Shown in pieces: positions 22,142 to 32,133 of a stretch of DNA of 64,000 nucleotides. The translations under genes were made by a program, and so were the position numbers. How positions within the stretch are numbered: position 1 is the stretch's first letter; each line of letters opens with the position of its first letter. This DNA comes from Patescibacteria group bacterium (GTDB taxonomy: Bacteria; Patescibacteriota; Minisyncoccia; Phycocordibacterales; CAIRYW01): the NCBI GenBank assembly GCA_040389185.1, contig JAZKAJ010000007.1, positions 5,127-69,126 on the forward strand. Reading direction: 5' to 3'. The notes under the pieces were generated by a model. That model saw only the letters and a program-made list of their open reading frames with translations. It did no database searches and was not told the origin of the DNA.

Positions 22142-22846
22142 TTAAGCAGAAAGCGTACCCTTTTTGTATGCATCCCTGATTCGAGATACGAAGAATTCAA
22201 TACTTGCCTTTGAAGCATCATTACCTGCAATAGGATAATCAACACCTATAATATCATTGTCAGATGATGAGAGTGTGATTATAGAGACACCCATCTGCTT
22301 TGCTTCAGCAACAGCAATGTGTTCCTTTTTTGCATCTACGATAAAGATCGCATTTGGAAGCTTTTCAACACCTTTCAATCCTTCAAACATTTCAGTCAAA
22401 GTCACGATCTCTCGATCGAACATAAGTCTTTCTTTCTTTGTGTATTTCAAGAGTTCTCCTTTTTCTTTCTTCTGTGTTAGGTCAGCAAGTCTGTGAGTTC
22501 GTTTCTTGATCTCAACAAAGTTAGTCAAAGTTCCTCCGATCCATCGGCTCGCAACGAATGGCATATTAATACTATCTGCGTATGTTCGGATGATGCCCAT
22601 CGCTTCACTTTTACTTGAAACAAAAAGGATTGTTTTCTTAGCCTTACCGAGTTCAGCGACAAATTCTTCTGCTTTTTTGAGCATTTCTTCTGTCTTTTCA
22701 AGGTCAATAACCTCAGTCATATTTTTAACTCCACAAATAAGAGACTTAAATGATGGATGTCGTCGTGATCGCAAAAAACCGAAATGTGCCCCCACCTTGA
22801 CCATTTCCTGGATGTCTTTTGAAAGTGTGTTTGTTTTGTCTGTCAT
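22142..22846 (-). CDS. rpsB: 30S ribosomal protein S2
   Basis: The MVKVGAHFGF...RHPSF... S2 signature. The longest ORF starts at a TTG (22864); the ATG at 22846 fits the S2 N-terminal alignment better. Confidence 0.9.
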   Translation of the reverse strand: MTDKTNTLSKDIQEMVKVGAHFGFLRSRRHPSFKSLICGVKNMTEVIDLEKTEEMLKKAEEFVAELGKAKKTILFVSSKSEAMGIIRTYADSINMPFVASRWIGGTLTNFVEIKKRTHRLADLTQKKEKGELLKYTKKERLMFDREIVTLTEMFEGLKGVEKLPNAIFIVDAKKEHIAVAEAKQMGVSIITLSSSDNDIIGVDYPIAGNDASKASIEFFVSRIRDAYKKGTLSA

Positions 22847-22950
22847 ATTCAAATATATTACCAAAAAGCCTTAAGAAAAGCAAATGCACGGTACCTACGG
22901 CACCGTGCATTTCCCTATATACCATATACTATACATACGATATACCAATT

Positions 22951-23850
22951 CTACTGTGTTTCCTTGTAGTTTGGCGCCTTAAGACACTGTGTATACATAT
23001 ATGAATCATCAGCAACACCATCAGGTCCTACAAGAACTCCTGCGGTACAAGTGATATTTTCAGATTCACACTGACCCTCAGCAATCAATCGCTGTTTGTA
23101 GAATTTGTGTGCTTCTCCATCTTTTAAGGCAACGCCATCTCTTGTCTCACAATCAAGCCCTGCCTGACAAGCTACCGGGGCCGAAGGAGCACCTACTGCA
23201 GTGAGATTTTGAGATTTACAGAGATAATCTTGTGTCTGACATTTACCCTTATCTGCTCCACTCGCAATCTTTGTTGAGATAGTGGTTGTTTCACCTTCAA
23301 CCAAAAGTCCATTAGCTGATGTACACAACTGGTCACTCGCTGTTACTTTCACTTTACTCCAATCCATCCATCCAACAACATCAGATCCCCAAGCAAATCC
23401 ACTAAACACATTTCCATTCAGCGCTACGCCATAGGCAGGAGCATTGCCGTTACTATTTAGACTGATCCATCCATCCCATCCTCCCCGGTTATCGATCGTT
23501 TTATATATAAGGGGATTCATTACTGATACTGCTCTTGCCCATCCAGTAAGCTTTGTCCCATCTATCTTTGCATTGCCACCGAGTGACGAATTTGGAAAAC
23601 CAGTGAGCCCTCCGAATTTGACCCATCCAATATTTGAAGACCAAGCATAACCTACGAGTGATCCGTCATCTGTGAGCGATACGGTTCCATCGTTAAAAGA
23701 GATCCATCCTACATTTGAAGACCATGAATAACCGATCACTCTTTGAGTACTGTCCACAGCATCCGCTGGATAAGTCCCCACAAGTGCCATAAGAACAATG
23801 GCGACAAACATCACACCCAAATTAAATCGAAGAGTTTTAAGAAACTGCAT
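22951..23850 (-). CDS. secreted protein with N-terminal Trp-rich repeats (consensus G(Y/F)AWSSN(I/V)GWI(S/K)F) and a Cys-rich C-terminal region
   Basis: Signal peptide. At least 4 repeats (VIGYSWSSNVGWISFN, LVGYAWSSNIGWVKFG, LTGWARAVS, FSGFAWGSDVVGWMDWS) and 9 Cys in the last 110 aa. Confidence 0.55.
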   Translation of the reverse strand: MQFLKTLRFNLGVMFVAIVLMALVGTYPADAVDSTQRVIGYSWSSNVGWISFNDGTVSLTDDGSLVGYAWSSNIGWVKFGGLTGFPNSSLGGNAKIDGTKLTGWARAVSVMNPLIYKTIDNRGGWDGWISLNSNGNAPAYGVALNGNVFSGFAWGSDVVGWMDWSKVKVTASDQLCTSANGLLVEGETTTISTKIASGADKGKCQTQDYLCKSQNLTAVGAPSAPVACQAGLDCETRDGVALKDGEAHKFYKQRLIAEGQCESENITCTAGVLVGPDGVADDSYMYTQCLKAPNYKETQ

Positions 23851-23941
23851 AAATTATGTAAATAATTATTTAATATAAAATCAATATAAATTATACCACC
23901 TCAAATTTATTATGAACAACTTTTTGTCCCCAGTACCAAAC

Positions 23942-24823
23942 CTAATTCGTTTTTGATCCAAAGTATTTAAGTAGTGCATTAATCCCCAAAATATTTTTAT
24001 CAAACTCAACCGCCTCATGAGTTTTGAGTTCAACCTCAAACGCCGAGATCCCGATCTTTGAAAGCCAATCTGCAGCATCTCCTGTTACCTCGTAACTATC
24101 AAAAGTATCCGATGATGGATATCCTGAAGCTTTTGAATAAAGGTTCATGAGAGTTGAGGCTTGTGGTAGAACACCATTACCACAAGAAGCTCCAAAGACC
24201 CCATTTGCTTGGCTATGCCAAAATACGAGTGCATCTGGCTTTATTTTTTCTGCAAAGTTTTTGAGTGCAATCGATTCTGGTTCAGAAAATGCCGTCTTGC
24301 CGGCACTTACGGTCTGATTTCTCCATTTGCTTTCTGGCTGCCATTTGCAATCAAAGTTTCTATTTAGATCCACCTTGTTTGCATTGAATCGCGCATCTGC
24401 AAGTATATTTGCATCAGTTGAAACATCCGAAGAATCAAATCTACCTTCCTTTCCTGTAACCTTATAAACTCCGTCTGGATTCATTGAAGGAATAATGGTG
24501 ATAGTGACATTCTTCGGAACTCGAGAAAGATCTTTGTCCAAATAATCCATCGCCTGGTACGCAAGCAAGACACTATTCCATTCATACCCTCCATGAATAC
24601 CTCCAACAAAAACCACATGATACTTGCCGGTTCCGTAAGTGTAACTTTCAATTTTTCTTCCTTCGACAGAATTTCCAATACTGTCGATTTTAGGATTCGC
24701 GACAGGTTCTTGTTTCGCTTCTTGTTGAGGAATCACCTTTGTGGGTAAGAAGTAGAAATACAGCAATACCCCTAAGAGAATTAGGAGTATTGCAATGATA
24801 ATGTATTTATATCGATAGAACAT
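23942..24823 (-). CDS. M14 family zinc carboxypeptidase (gamma-D-glutamyl-diamino-acid peptidase-like), membrane-anchored/secreted
   Basis: N-terminal TM segment. Motifs GGIHGGYEWNS, NPDG and DLNRNF are characteristic of the M14 Zn-binding and active site. Confidence 0.7.
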   Translation of the reverse strand: MFYRYKYIIIAILLILLGVLLYFYFLPTKVIPQQEAKQEPVANPKIDSIGNSVEGRKIESYTYGTGKYHVVFVGGIHGGYEWNSVLLAYQAMDYLDKDLSRVPKNVTITIIPSMNPDGVYKVTGKEGRFDSSDVSTDANILADARFNANKVDLNRNFDCKWQPESKWRNQTVSAGKTAFSEPESIALKNFAEKIKPDALVFWHSQANGVFGASCGNGVLPQASTLMNLYSKASGYPSSDTFDSYEVTGDAADWLSKIGISAFEVELKTHEAVEFDKNILGINALLKYFGSKTN

Positions 24824-25743
24824 TACTTAGTGAAGTATTTGAGCACCGCTTCGATTCCTGCTTTGTTTTGCGACCAGTCAGTATCCGTATGATTCTTAAG
24901 AAGCACACTCACTGCTGGAATATTATTCTTCGCAAGCCAATTCATCATGTCTCCTGTGAGTTCATAGTAGTTATAATCTTCATGTGCTGGATATCCTGAT
25001 GCATCAGAAAATACTTTTGTAATATCAGTTGTTTGTTTGAGCACTCCATTATGACAACTTGAAGCATATACTCCACCCGCAGAAGCATACCAGCCAATGA
25101 CAGCGGCAGGCTTATTGCCTATGACGTAGTTTTGTACTGCCACCGACTCTGGCTCTGAAAATGCATTCGCGCCACCGCTCACTGTCTTATCTTGCCATTT
25201 TCCAGAAGCTTGCCAATCACAATCAAAGTTTCGGTTGAGGTCAACATCGTTTGCATTGAATCTTCCAGACACGAGAACGCTCGCCACTTTTGAAACCTGA
25301 GATGCACTGAATCTACCATCAACTCCTGTGACTACATTGAGGCCGTCAGGATTCAATACTGGAATAACAGTCACCTTCACATTTGCCGGAACGATAGCTG
25401 GATTTGCTTTGAGATAATCCATAAGTTGGTAGGCCAAAAGAGACGTATTCCATGCATATCCTCCATGAATACCTCCAACAAAGAGAACTTCAGTTGTACC
25501 TGTTCCAAAATGATATGCAGTAATATCTCGTCCTTCCACTGATTTACCGATTGAAACAACTGGAGCATTCTTTGCATCTGCATCAGCTTTCGCTTTTGCG
25601 TCCGCGGCTGCTTTAGCATCCTGATCAGATGTCGCTGTCGTATCCTCTACTACCACATCCTTCGGAGATGCATTCTTAGTTACAAAATAAATACAAACAC
25701 CTAAAATAATAATGACTACCAGGGCAATAATTGTTTTTTTCAT
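24823..25743 (-). CDS. M14 family zinc carboxypeptidase, tandem paralog of the preceding gene
   Basis: Same motifs (GGIHGGYAWNT, NPDG, DLNRNF). Ala/Lys/Asp-rich linker after the TM segment. A 1-nt stop/start overlap with the downstream paralog (stop 24823-24825, start 24823-24821). Confidence 0.7.
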   Translation of the reverse strand: MKKTIIALVVIIILGVCIYFVTKNASPKDVVVEDTTATSDQDAKAAADAKAKADADAKNAPVVSIGKSVEGRDITAYHFGTGTTEVLFVGGIHGGYAWNTSLLAYQLMDYLKANPAIVPANVKVTVIPVLNPDGLNVVTGVDGRFSASQVSKVASVLVSGRFNANDVDLNRNFDCDWQASGKWQDKTVSGGANAFSEPESVAVQNYVIGNKPAAVIGWYASAGGVYASSCHNGVLKQTTDITKVFSDASGYPAHEDYNYYELTGDMMNWLAKNNIPAVSVLLKNHTDTDWSQNKAGIEAVLKYFTK

Positions 25744-25836
25744 ATACTTCTATTTTAGCACAGATCACAACTTTAAAGTCAAACGGACAGAAATAAGTCT
25801 TATAAAATAAGCTTAAAATATGTGGATATCCCCCTC

Positions 25837-26583
25837 TTATCTGCAGTCTTTATACACTTTTGTTGCCGGCTTCGATAAAAACGCTTCCGATAAGAAGTTT
25901 TTCATATAGAGAAGACCTGTTACAGTAAATCCCTGCTTTTCAAACCTCCTACCTGACGTGAGAATTGTAAAATTTGGTATAAATAAAACTCTTCCAAATT
26001 TGCTCGCTCTCCGTGCGATATTTGTATCCTCACCATAAAATGAAATACGAGTATCAAATCCTTCCATTTTATCGAGTACTGATCTTCGTATGGCAAAATT
26101 TCCGCCCACCACCATATATCCAACAAGATAATACATAGGCAACGCGACCAAATACCAATAAAAATATTTAATTAAAAATTGTTTTAGCTTTGAAATATCA
26201 AAATAAATATATGGCCCGCTTACACAGACAATATCATCCCTCTTTTTAAAAATATTTTGGATCTTTTCGTACCATCCATGAGGCATCAAAGTATCTGCAT
26301 CAATGTTTGCAATGATCTCGCCTTTTGATTCTATATACCCTCGCTGTCTTGCCATCGTGAGTCCTTTGTTTTCTTCTCGTACAACCCTAACACCATGAGC
26401 AGTAAATCCTCTAGCAATCTCTCCAGTCCGATCTTTACTTGCATTATCGATGACTATTATCTCAAAGAATTTTGCACCTGAATCGATAACCGCTTGTAGA
26501 CATTTGCCTATATACTTTTCCTCATTATACGCAGGAATGACAAGACTTACCCTTAGATTATTTGAAATTTTATTTTGATCCAT
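25837..26583 (-). CDS. family 2 glycosyltransferase
   Basis: LVIPAYNEEKYIGKCL...IVIDNASKDRT with DxD-like IDAD. Classic GT-A N-terminus. Confidence 0.8.
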   Translation of the reverse strand: MDQNKISNNLRVSLVIPAYNEEKYIGKCLQAVIDSGAKFFEIIVIDNASKDRTGEIARGFTAHGVRVVREENKGLTMARQRGYIESKGEIIANIDADTLMPHGWYEKIQNIFKKRDDIVCVSGPYIYFDISKLKQFLIKYFYWYLVALPMYYLVGYMVVGGNFAIRRSVLDKMEGFDTRISFYGEDTNIARRASKFGRVLFIPNFTILTSGRRFEKQGFTVTGLLYMKNFLSEAFLSKPATKVYKDCR

Positions 26584-26640
26584 TGTGTTCTGAATTTAAT
26601 TTGCATTTATACTATATACCATATACTACACACATTCCTC

Positions 26641-27363
26641 TTATCTCACGGCTTCCCACTCTTCTGAAGTAGGTTTTTTAAACCATGCAAAAGCAATTAC
26701 ATCCCTTATCCATATATAAAGAAGCTTCAGCCAGCCATATTTTCGTGATCTTCGGCCAGAGTGATAGACAACAAGACGTCCATCATATCTGGTTTTACCA
26801 CATACTTTTGCAAGCCTTTGAAATATATCGGCGTCCTCACGACTCACAAGTGACTCATTATATCCACCCACTTTTTCAAAATCTTTTCGGCGGATCATTT
26901 GAAATTTACCAGACGCCTCACCAGTATGAAAAATATTATTTTTAACAAGATGCACAAAATTGAACAAAAGGTACATAATCCTATCAGAAAATGTTTCGAG
27001 ATCTTTGACCACTCGAAGCTGTCCTGTCAGTGCTACCAGATCCTTTTCATTTTCAAATCTTTTTAATGCATACCCGAAGAAATTATCAGGGCTTTGTATG
27101 GTAACATCAGCATCAAAAAAAACAATAATTGAGGCGTCGCTTTTTGATGCTCCATCGTTTCTGTTCGCACCAATAGTTTTATGTTTGTGTTCGGGCTGAA
27201 GTACAATATCTGCATATTGCTTTGCCACCACAACGGTTCCGTCTGTACTTTTATCATCAGAAACGATTACAAGATGTGGAATTGTAAGCTCGCTTTTAAG
27301 AACAGATAAAATGCCTCCAATATATTTTTCTTCATTATATGTAGGTATAATAATGTCGATCAT
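26641..27363 (-). CDS. family 2 glycosyltransferase
   Basis: IIIPTYNEEKYIGGIL...VIVSDDKSTDGT...FFDADV. The longest ORF (to 27414) overlaps DedA by 50 nt; the internal ATG at 27363 avoids the overlap. Confidence 0.72.
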   Translation of the reverse strand: MIDIIIPTYNEEKYIGGILSVLKSELTIPHLVIVSDDKSTDGTVVVAKQYADIVLQPEHKHKTIGANRNDGASKSDASIIVFFDADVTIQSPDNFFGYALKRFENEKDLVALTGQLRVVKDLETFSDRIMYLLFNFVHLVKNNIFHTGEASGKFQMIRRKDFEKVGGYNESLVSREDADIFQRLAKVCGKTRYDGRLVVYHSGRRSRKYGWLKLLYIWIRDVIAFAWFKKPTSEEWEAVR

Positions 27364-27364
27364 A

Positions 27365-27952
27365 TTATTTAATCTTGTTTTGTAAGTATCTTCTAAATCC
27401 GAGGAAAGCAACAATTACAAGAATACCAAATGCAATGATCGATACTTTGCCAAACACTGAGTCGATTGTAAGATACAGATTACTAAAATAATATCCTACC
27501 CCGAGAAGCATTCCGGTCCATACAAGCTGAGCAAAACCATTTACGAACATATAAAATCCAAAAGGGATTCTGACCATTCCAGCAGTAAAAAGTGTTACGA
27601 GAGCAAAGCCAAATCCATTGCTTATTTTTGAAATAAATAGTATAGGTTTTTTGTATTTATGAAAGATTTGTGTTACTTTCTCCACCCTTTCTTCTGTAAT
27701 ACTAAAATATTCACCATATCTTTTTACAAACTTATGACCAAATCTAAATCCAAGATAGTACCAGAGAGCATCACCTATCAAATCCCCGATCATAAGTGAC
27801 ACATATACAGGTACAACGAATAAATGTCCAAGCCTCAAAAGTACCCCGCAAATAAGTGACAAAAAAGGTCCCTCAAGAAATCCTAATATAATAAGGATCG
27901 AGTAGACGAGATACACATGATTTGTAGATAAATCAATCAAGTAAGCTTCCAT
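27365..27952 (-). CDS. DedA/VTT-domain family membrane protein
   Basis: Polytopic membrane ORF with the DedA-like segment ...GPFLSLICGVLLRLGHLF...YLGFRFGHKFVKRYGE. Confidence 0.65.
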   Translation of the reverse strand: MEAYLIDLSTNHVYLVYSILIILGFLEGPFLSLICGVLLRLGHLFVVPVYVSLMIGDLIGDALWYYLGFRFGHKFVKRYGEYFSITEERVEKVTQIFHKYKKPILFISKISNGFGFALVTLFTAGMVRIPFGFYMFVNGFAQLVWTGMLLGVGYYFSNLYLTIDSVFGKVSIIAFGILVIVAFLGFRRYLQNKIK

Positions 27953-27985
27953 TCAGATATTATATCATCGATATGATGTCAGAAA

Positions 27986-28864
27986 CTATCTATTTCTCAA
28001 ACTTCGGAGTTTATCAATAACATCGTTATTGATCGAATCAACATGGATTTGAAGATTGGGAGACGAGATATCGATTCGAGCTTCTTCGAGCGCTTTTTTG
28101 ACCGCTTCAGTTGTTTTAAAATACATATCCATTTCACGAGATGGAGTATCGATCCACACACGAACCAAAAGTTTAACACCTGAGTCGCCAAGTTCATCCA
28201 CCACAACATCTGGAGCAGGATTTTTGAGAATATGTTTCATAAATGAAACCTCTTTGAGAATTGCCATTCTCGCCATAACGATTGATTCACTGTATGAGAT
28301 ATTAACCTTCACAACAACTCTCGTATTGCCATTCGCTGAGTGATCAATAATAACATCACTTATCATTTTTCGATTTGGAATAATCACATATGCATTATCC
28401 TGAGTCTTTATTCGTGTACTACGTATTGTGATCTCCTCGATGCATCCATATCTACTTTCATGGGTAATATAATCCCCGACACGAAATGGTCTATCAAGAA
28501 AAATAAAGAACCCTGCAATAATATTTGAGAGCACATCTTGAGATGCAAAACCAATGGCAAGCCCCACTACTCCGATACCAGCAAGCGCAGCGGCCACATT
28601 TATACCGAGCTGCCCTATCATCATCACAAGGGTAAAGATAGAAATTAATACTTTGAAAATACCATCAATAATTTTGATCAAGCCACTTTCAATACCGCTT
28701 TTTTCAAGTATTGCTTTAAGTGGAGCAGAAAGCACTCGATATACAATATAACCAATAATAAACACCACAAGCGCCCCGACAATATTAGGTATCAGCAAGA
28801 CCAGCCGATCTTTGAGTGTAAAGGGGTCTAGGCTTGTAAACGATGATACATTCAAGTTATCCAT
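27986..28864 (-). CDS. mechanosensitive ion channel, MscS family
   Basis: Three TM segments followed by the MscS beta-domain signature (FIFLDRPFRVGDYI...EEITIRSTRIKTQDNAYVIIPN). Confidence 0.85.
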   Translation of the reverse strand: MDNLNVSSFTSLDPFTLKDRLVLLIPNIVGALVVFIIGYIVYRVLSAPLKAILEKSGIESGLIKIIDGIFKVLISIFTLVMMIGQLGINVAAALAGIGVVGLAIGFASQDVLSNIIAGFFIFLDRPFRVGDYITHESRYGCIEEITIRSTRIKTQDNAYVIIPNRKMISDVIIDHSANGNTRVVVKVNISYSESIVMARMAILKEVSFMKHILKNPAPDVVVDELGDSGVKLLVRVWIDTPSREMDMYFKTTEAVKKALEEARIDISSPNLQIHVDSINNDVIDKLRSLRNR

Positions 28865-28917
28865 ACTACCAATTATACCAAAAAATGAGAGGGTCTGCCC
28901 AGGACCTTGAAATACCT

Positions 28918-29619
28918 TTATTTAGTTAGCTTATCCAAAAACTTAAAAAGTAATTCATTTATTCTCGAATAATCATTCGCCCTTAATTCATCCGCAGTTT
29001 GTATGTATGATTGACCCTTATATTCCTCTAATTCGTGTGCGTTATTTTGTATCATTGCTTCAATCGCATCTGGTGTAAATTCAAAATGACACTGAAATCC
29101 ATAAATCTTTGGAGTATACCGAACAATCTGCCGAGGACAACCTTCACTTGTTGCAAGCACTTTTGATTCAGGGGTAAGTCCTGGCATATCTCCATGCCAA
29201 TGACCAACAATAAATTTTTCTGGAAATTCAGAAAATATTGGATCCTGTTTTCCATCCTCAGTAAGGATAAGTGGAAATACTCCAATCTCTCTGTTTGGAC
29301 TATGATCAAAATGAGCACCGAGTGCTTCTCCAATAAACTGCGCGCCGAGACACACACCGAGAATTATTTTATTTTCCTCAATCGCTTTCTTTATAAATTC
29401 TATTTCTTTCTCAGCATCAAAATGTGGACACTCTTCAAGAGTTGTTGCTGGTGATTGTGGTCCACCCATAATAACCAGAAAATCAAAATTATACTCCGTT
29501 GGGAAAGCATCCCCCTCATAGAGTTTTGTGTAAGTAATTTTATATCCTTTGTTTTGAGCCCATATTTCAATCGCAGCAGGAGATTCAAAACTTTCGTGCA
29601 TTATTATGTGAAGTTTCAT
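28918..29619 (-). CDS. class I glutamine amidotransferase-like protein (stand-alone GATase1)
   Basis: Catalytic Cys context GVCLGAQ and the His/Glu region HWHGDM...FQCHFE. Confidence 0.75.
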   Translation of the reverse strand: MKLHIIMHESFESPAAIEIWAQNKGYKITYTKLYEGDAFPTEYNFDFLVIMGGPQSPATTLEECPHFDAEKEIEFIKKAIEENKIILGVCLGAQFIGEALGAHFDHSPNREIGVFPLILTEDGKQDPIFSEFPEKFIVGHWHGDMPGLTPESKVLATSEGCPRQIVRYTPKIYGFQCHFEFTPDAIEAMIQNNAHELEEYKGQSYIQTADELRANDYSRINELLFKFLDKLTK

Positions 29620-29635
29620 AAATTCAAATTATTAT

Positions 29636-30169
29636 TTAATAAAGCTCAGGATTTTCCAAATGTAAAAGCGCCATTTTGACTGCACTTTTATTGAATGCAG
29701 TTCGATTCATTCTTCCTTTTGTAAGAATACTAATAAGACCTTCATGTTCTCCCAGCTTATCATGTTGAGTGAGCCCTGCGGCTTTCATAGCCTGACTTCC
29801 ATCAAGACCTTTGTTCAAGATTCCATCTATCGCTGCTTTTGGCCATTCGCAAGCTTCGGATAGTCCTAAGTGGATTTGTTTACCATCATATATCGCACAA
29901 ACAGCTACTTCCATATATCCAGATTTTGTTTGAGGTACCGCCATAAGTCCACCCTCAATTCCAAATCCATAATCATTGCCCACATATGCCTGTTTTGCAC
30001 GATCGATTGCACCTGCCACAGTTTCATCAATATTTTTTGGATGTCCAAATTCATCAACCTTCACATCAACCCCTACAACTTCAGCACTCTCAAACATTGG
30101 GTAGTCGAGTAGTAATTCTTGAACGGCATTAACCTTTGTCTTATTTTTTGACCCTACTCCGATTTTCAT
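29636..30169 (-). CDS. probable inosine/xanthosine triphosphatase (YjjX/DUF84-like)
   Basis: Pattern KVNAVQELL...VGVDVKVDEFGHPKNIDETVAGAIDRAKQA resembles the YjjX family. Moderate, from recalled similarity. Confidence 0.5.
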   Translation of the reverse strand: MKIGVGSKNKTKVNAVQELLLDYPMFESAEVVGVDVKVDEFGHPKNIDETVAGAIDRAKQAYVGNDYGFGIEGGLMAVPQTKSGYMEVAVCAIYDGKQIHLGLSEACEWPKAAIDGILNKGLDGSQAMKAAGLTQHDKLGEHEGLISILTKGRMNRTAFNKSAVKMALLHLENPELY

Positions 30170-30202
30170 ATAAATGTATTATATCAAATAATTGACCTTG
30201 TT

Positions 30203-30772
30203 TTATTTATCAGTTTTTACTTTTCCTGCATTCATCCACATCGGCTTTTTCTTTAGAATTTTTTTGTATATCTTACAATCCTCTGAATGCGCCCCAGGTA
30301 GATATCCAATACTCATCAGAAATTCTCCCACAATCTCACCTCCTGTAAACCGAAAAGTTTTTTTGAATAGCTTTACCCACTCTTCTTTCGACAAAGGATG
30401 TTTTAATTCGAGCCACTTTTGAAATGATTCGGATTCTTTCTGGAGTCTGAGGATTGCTTTAGCATTTTCGATCGCAGCACTGATCTTCAAACGATTACGG
30501 ATAATTCCAGGGTTCTCCATGAGTCGCATAAAATCCTTGTCGCCGTATTTTGCTACTTTTCTTATATCAAAACCACTGTAAGCTTTTCGAAATGAATCCT
30601 GCTTTTTGAGAATTGTCTCCCAACTGAGTCCTGCTTGATTAATCTCGAGTATCAATCGTCCAAAGAGTTCATTGTCATCCTTAATTGGAAATCCGTAATA
30701 TAAATCATGATATGTCTTATGCAGATTTTTCCGAGGCTCCGCCATACCATCAATTGCTTTACAGTAAGACAT
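30203..30772 (-). CDS. tag: DNA-3-methyladenine glycosylase I
   Basis: YHDLYYGFP...DDNELFGRLILEINQAGLSW...IIRNRLKISAAIENA matches the Tag family signature throughout. Confidence 0.85.
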   Translation of the reverse strand: MSYCKAIDGMAEPRKNLHKTYHDLYYGFPIKDDNELFGRLILEINQAGLSWETILKKQDSFRKAYSGFDIRKVAKYGDKDFMRLMENPGIIRNRLKISAAIENAKAILRLQKESESFQKWLELKHPLSKEEWVKLFKKTFRFTGGEIVGEFLMSIGYLPGAHSEDCKIYKKILKKKPMWMNAGKVKTDK

Positions 30773-30789
30773 TTTAGTTTGTACTGAGA

Positions 30790-31200
30790 TTACTTTGAAA
30801 CGCAGTTTTTGTAATCAAGATCCATTGCGTTTCCTCGCATTATGATTGCCTCATTTCCTTTGTTCCAGAAAACAAATGATTCATCACTATTTACATATCG
30901 AACACCACTTCCAGAGATTGTTTGTTTGAGTGTGATTGCATCTGCAGCATTCAAAGACACATCAACACTTCCAGTTGGTACCGGCATCTCGCCAGGCTTA
31001 ACATCCACAACTTCCCCTTCATGATATGCAGCCACAACCGTATTACCACTATCACAAGTATAAATGACAGTATCTTTTGATACTTGTTTTGAGTTTGAAG
31101 TGGTCGGCACAGAGACTTCAGTATTTTTGCTTTCTTCAACAACCCAAAATAGAGCAACAAGAATAAATAAAGCGAGAATAATAAGTATATTTTTTTTCAT
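30790..31200 (-). CDS. secreted/lipoprotein-like protein, possible MliC (lysozyme inhibitor) fold
   Basis: Signal peptide. YTCDSG...GSGVRY...FWNKGNEA...C pattern is reminiscent of MliC/DUF306. Confidence 0.45.
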   Translation of the reverse strand: MKKNILIILALFILVALFWVVEESKNTEVSVPTTSNSKQVSKDTVIYTCDSGNTVVAAYHEGEVVDVKPGEMPVPTGSVDVSLNAADAITLKQTISGSGVRYVNSDESFVFWNKGNEAIIMRGNAMDLDYKNCVSK

Positions 31201-31324
31201 ATAGTGTTTTAAATTTAAGATAATAACATAGTTTTTTTCGTGTACTTTTAAATTTTACTTTAAAGTGAGGTTTATTTATACTTCAAGATTACTCAAAAAA
31301 GTAGAATCTATATTCTCTACAAAA

Positions 31325-31395
31325 CTGGGAGACTTGGACTCGAACCAAGATAATATCCTCCAGAGGGATATGTCCTACCATTAGACGATCTCCCA
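31325..31395 (-). tRNA. tRNA-Gln (anticodon CUG), U1-A72, discriminator G73, CCA not encoded
   Basis: The reverse complement folds as UGGGAGA-UC-GUCU-AAUGGUA-GGAC-A-UAUCC-CUCUGGA-GGAUA-UUAU-CUUGG-UUCGAGU-CCAAG-UCUCCCA-G. U1:A72 and G73 are typical Gln identity features. Confidence 0.75.
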
Positions 31396-32133
31396 GTTTT
31401 AAAGACAATGCATATTTATAATTTCAAAGTTTATTGGACCCTCTCCTTACAGGAGCAGTAGACCTTTTAGATAAAATCTCACTTACACTCGATTGTATCT
31501 CAAAAGCTTCTTCCATTGGGTCCCTTACCCAATGGAAGCCCCAAAACATCTCCAAGGGGATGTGTACTATCATTATACGATCTCGCAAAATTAACTTACA
31601 TACATTACCTTTTTTTCAGCCAAAAATCAAAATTTTGAAATATTTAGATTTTATGTAATATTTATGAAAGATTATGAATCACAAATCCCCCCTGATGAAT
31701 ATTACCGCTCTCTTGATCGTAAATACACTACTTGGACACGGTCAATGCATCCGAGCTGGCACCACTCTCATGCAACCTATTCCTCGTCCGACAGGAAGAA
31801 GGGGTGAGGATCTGGATGACTGGATGTCTGAGTCTGAACAGCCACAACTCGAATTTGAAGCCTACAAATTCAAAACAGGTCTTGAACCTATCAGTTCTTT
31901 GTTTGAAGACAAAACACCAAGTCCTTTTGCTTGCCCGGCAAAAACCCATAAAGGCAATAAACTTCACCGACCCACATACTAGTGGACGGTTTTTTATTGT
32001 CAAAAAATAAATTGACAAATATGATTAGTAATGTTATTTTGATGGTCGCCCATGAGCACACCATACCTCCGCCGAAACCCTGGCCCTTGTTGTTCAATAC
32101 CTCTACGAGACCGATCCTGATTTCGAAAAGGCA

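Noticed and set aside
31545-31590. Possible additional tRNA on the minus strand (GCGAGAUCGUAUAAUGAUAGUACACAUCCCC...)
   Set aside because: It has an acceptor/D-arm-like 5' half but no canonical 7-nt anticodon loop, no T-arm and no complementary 3' acceptor strand. It is reported only as a tRNA-like remnant.
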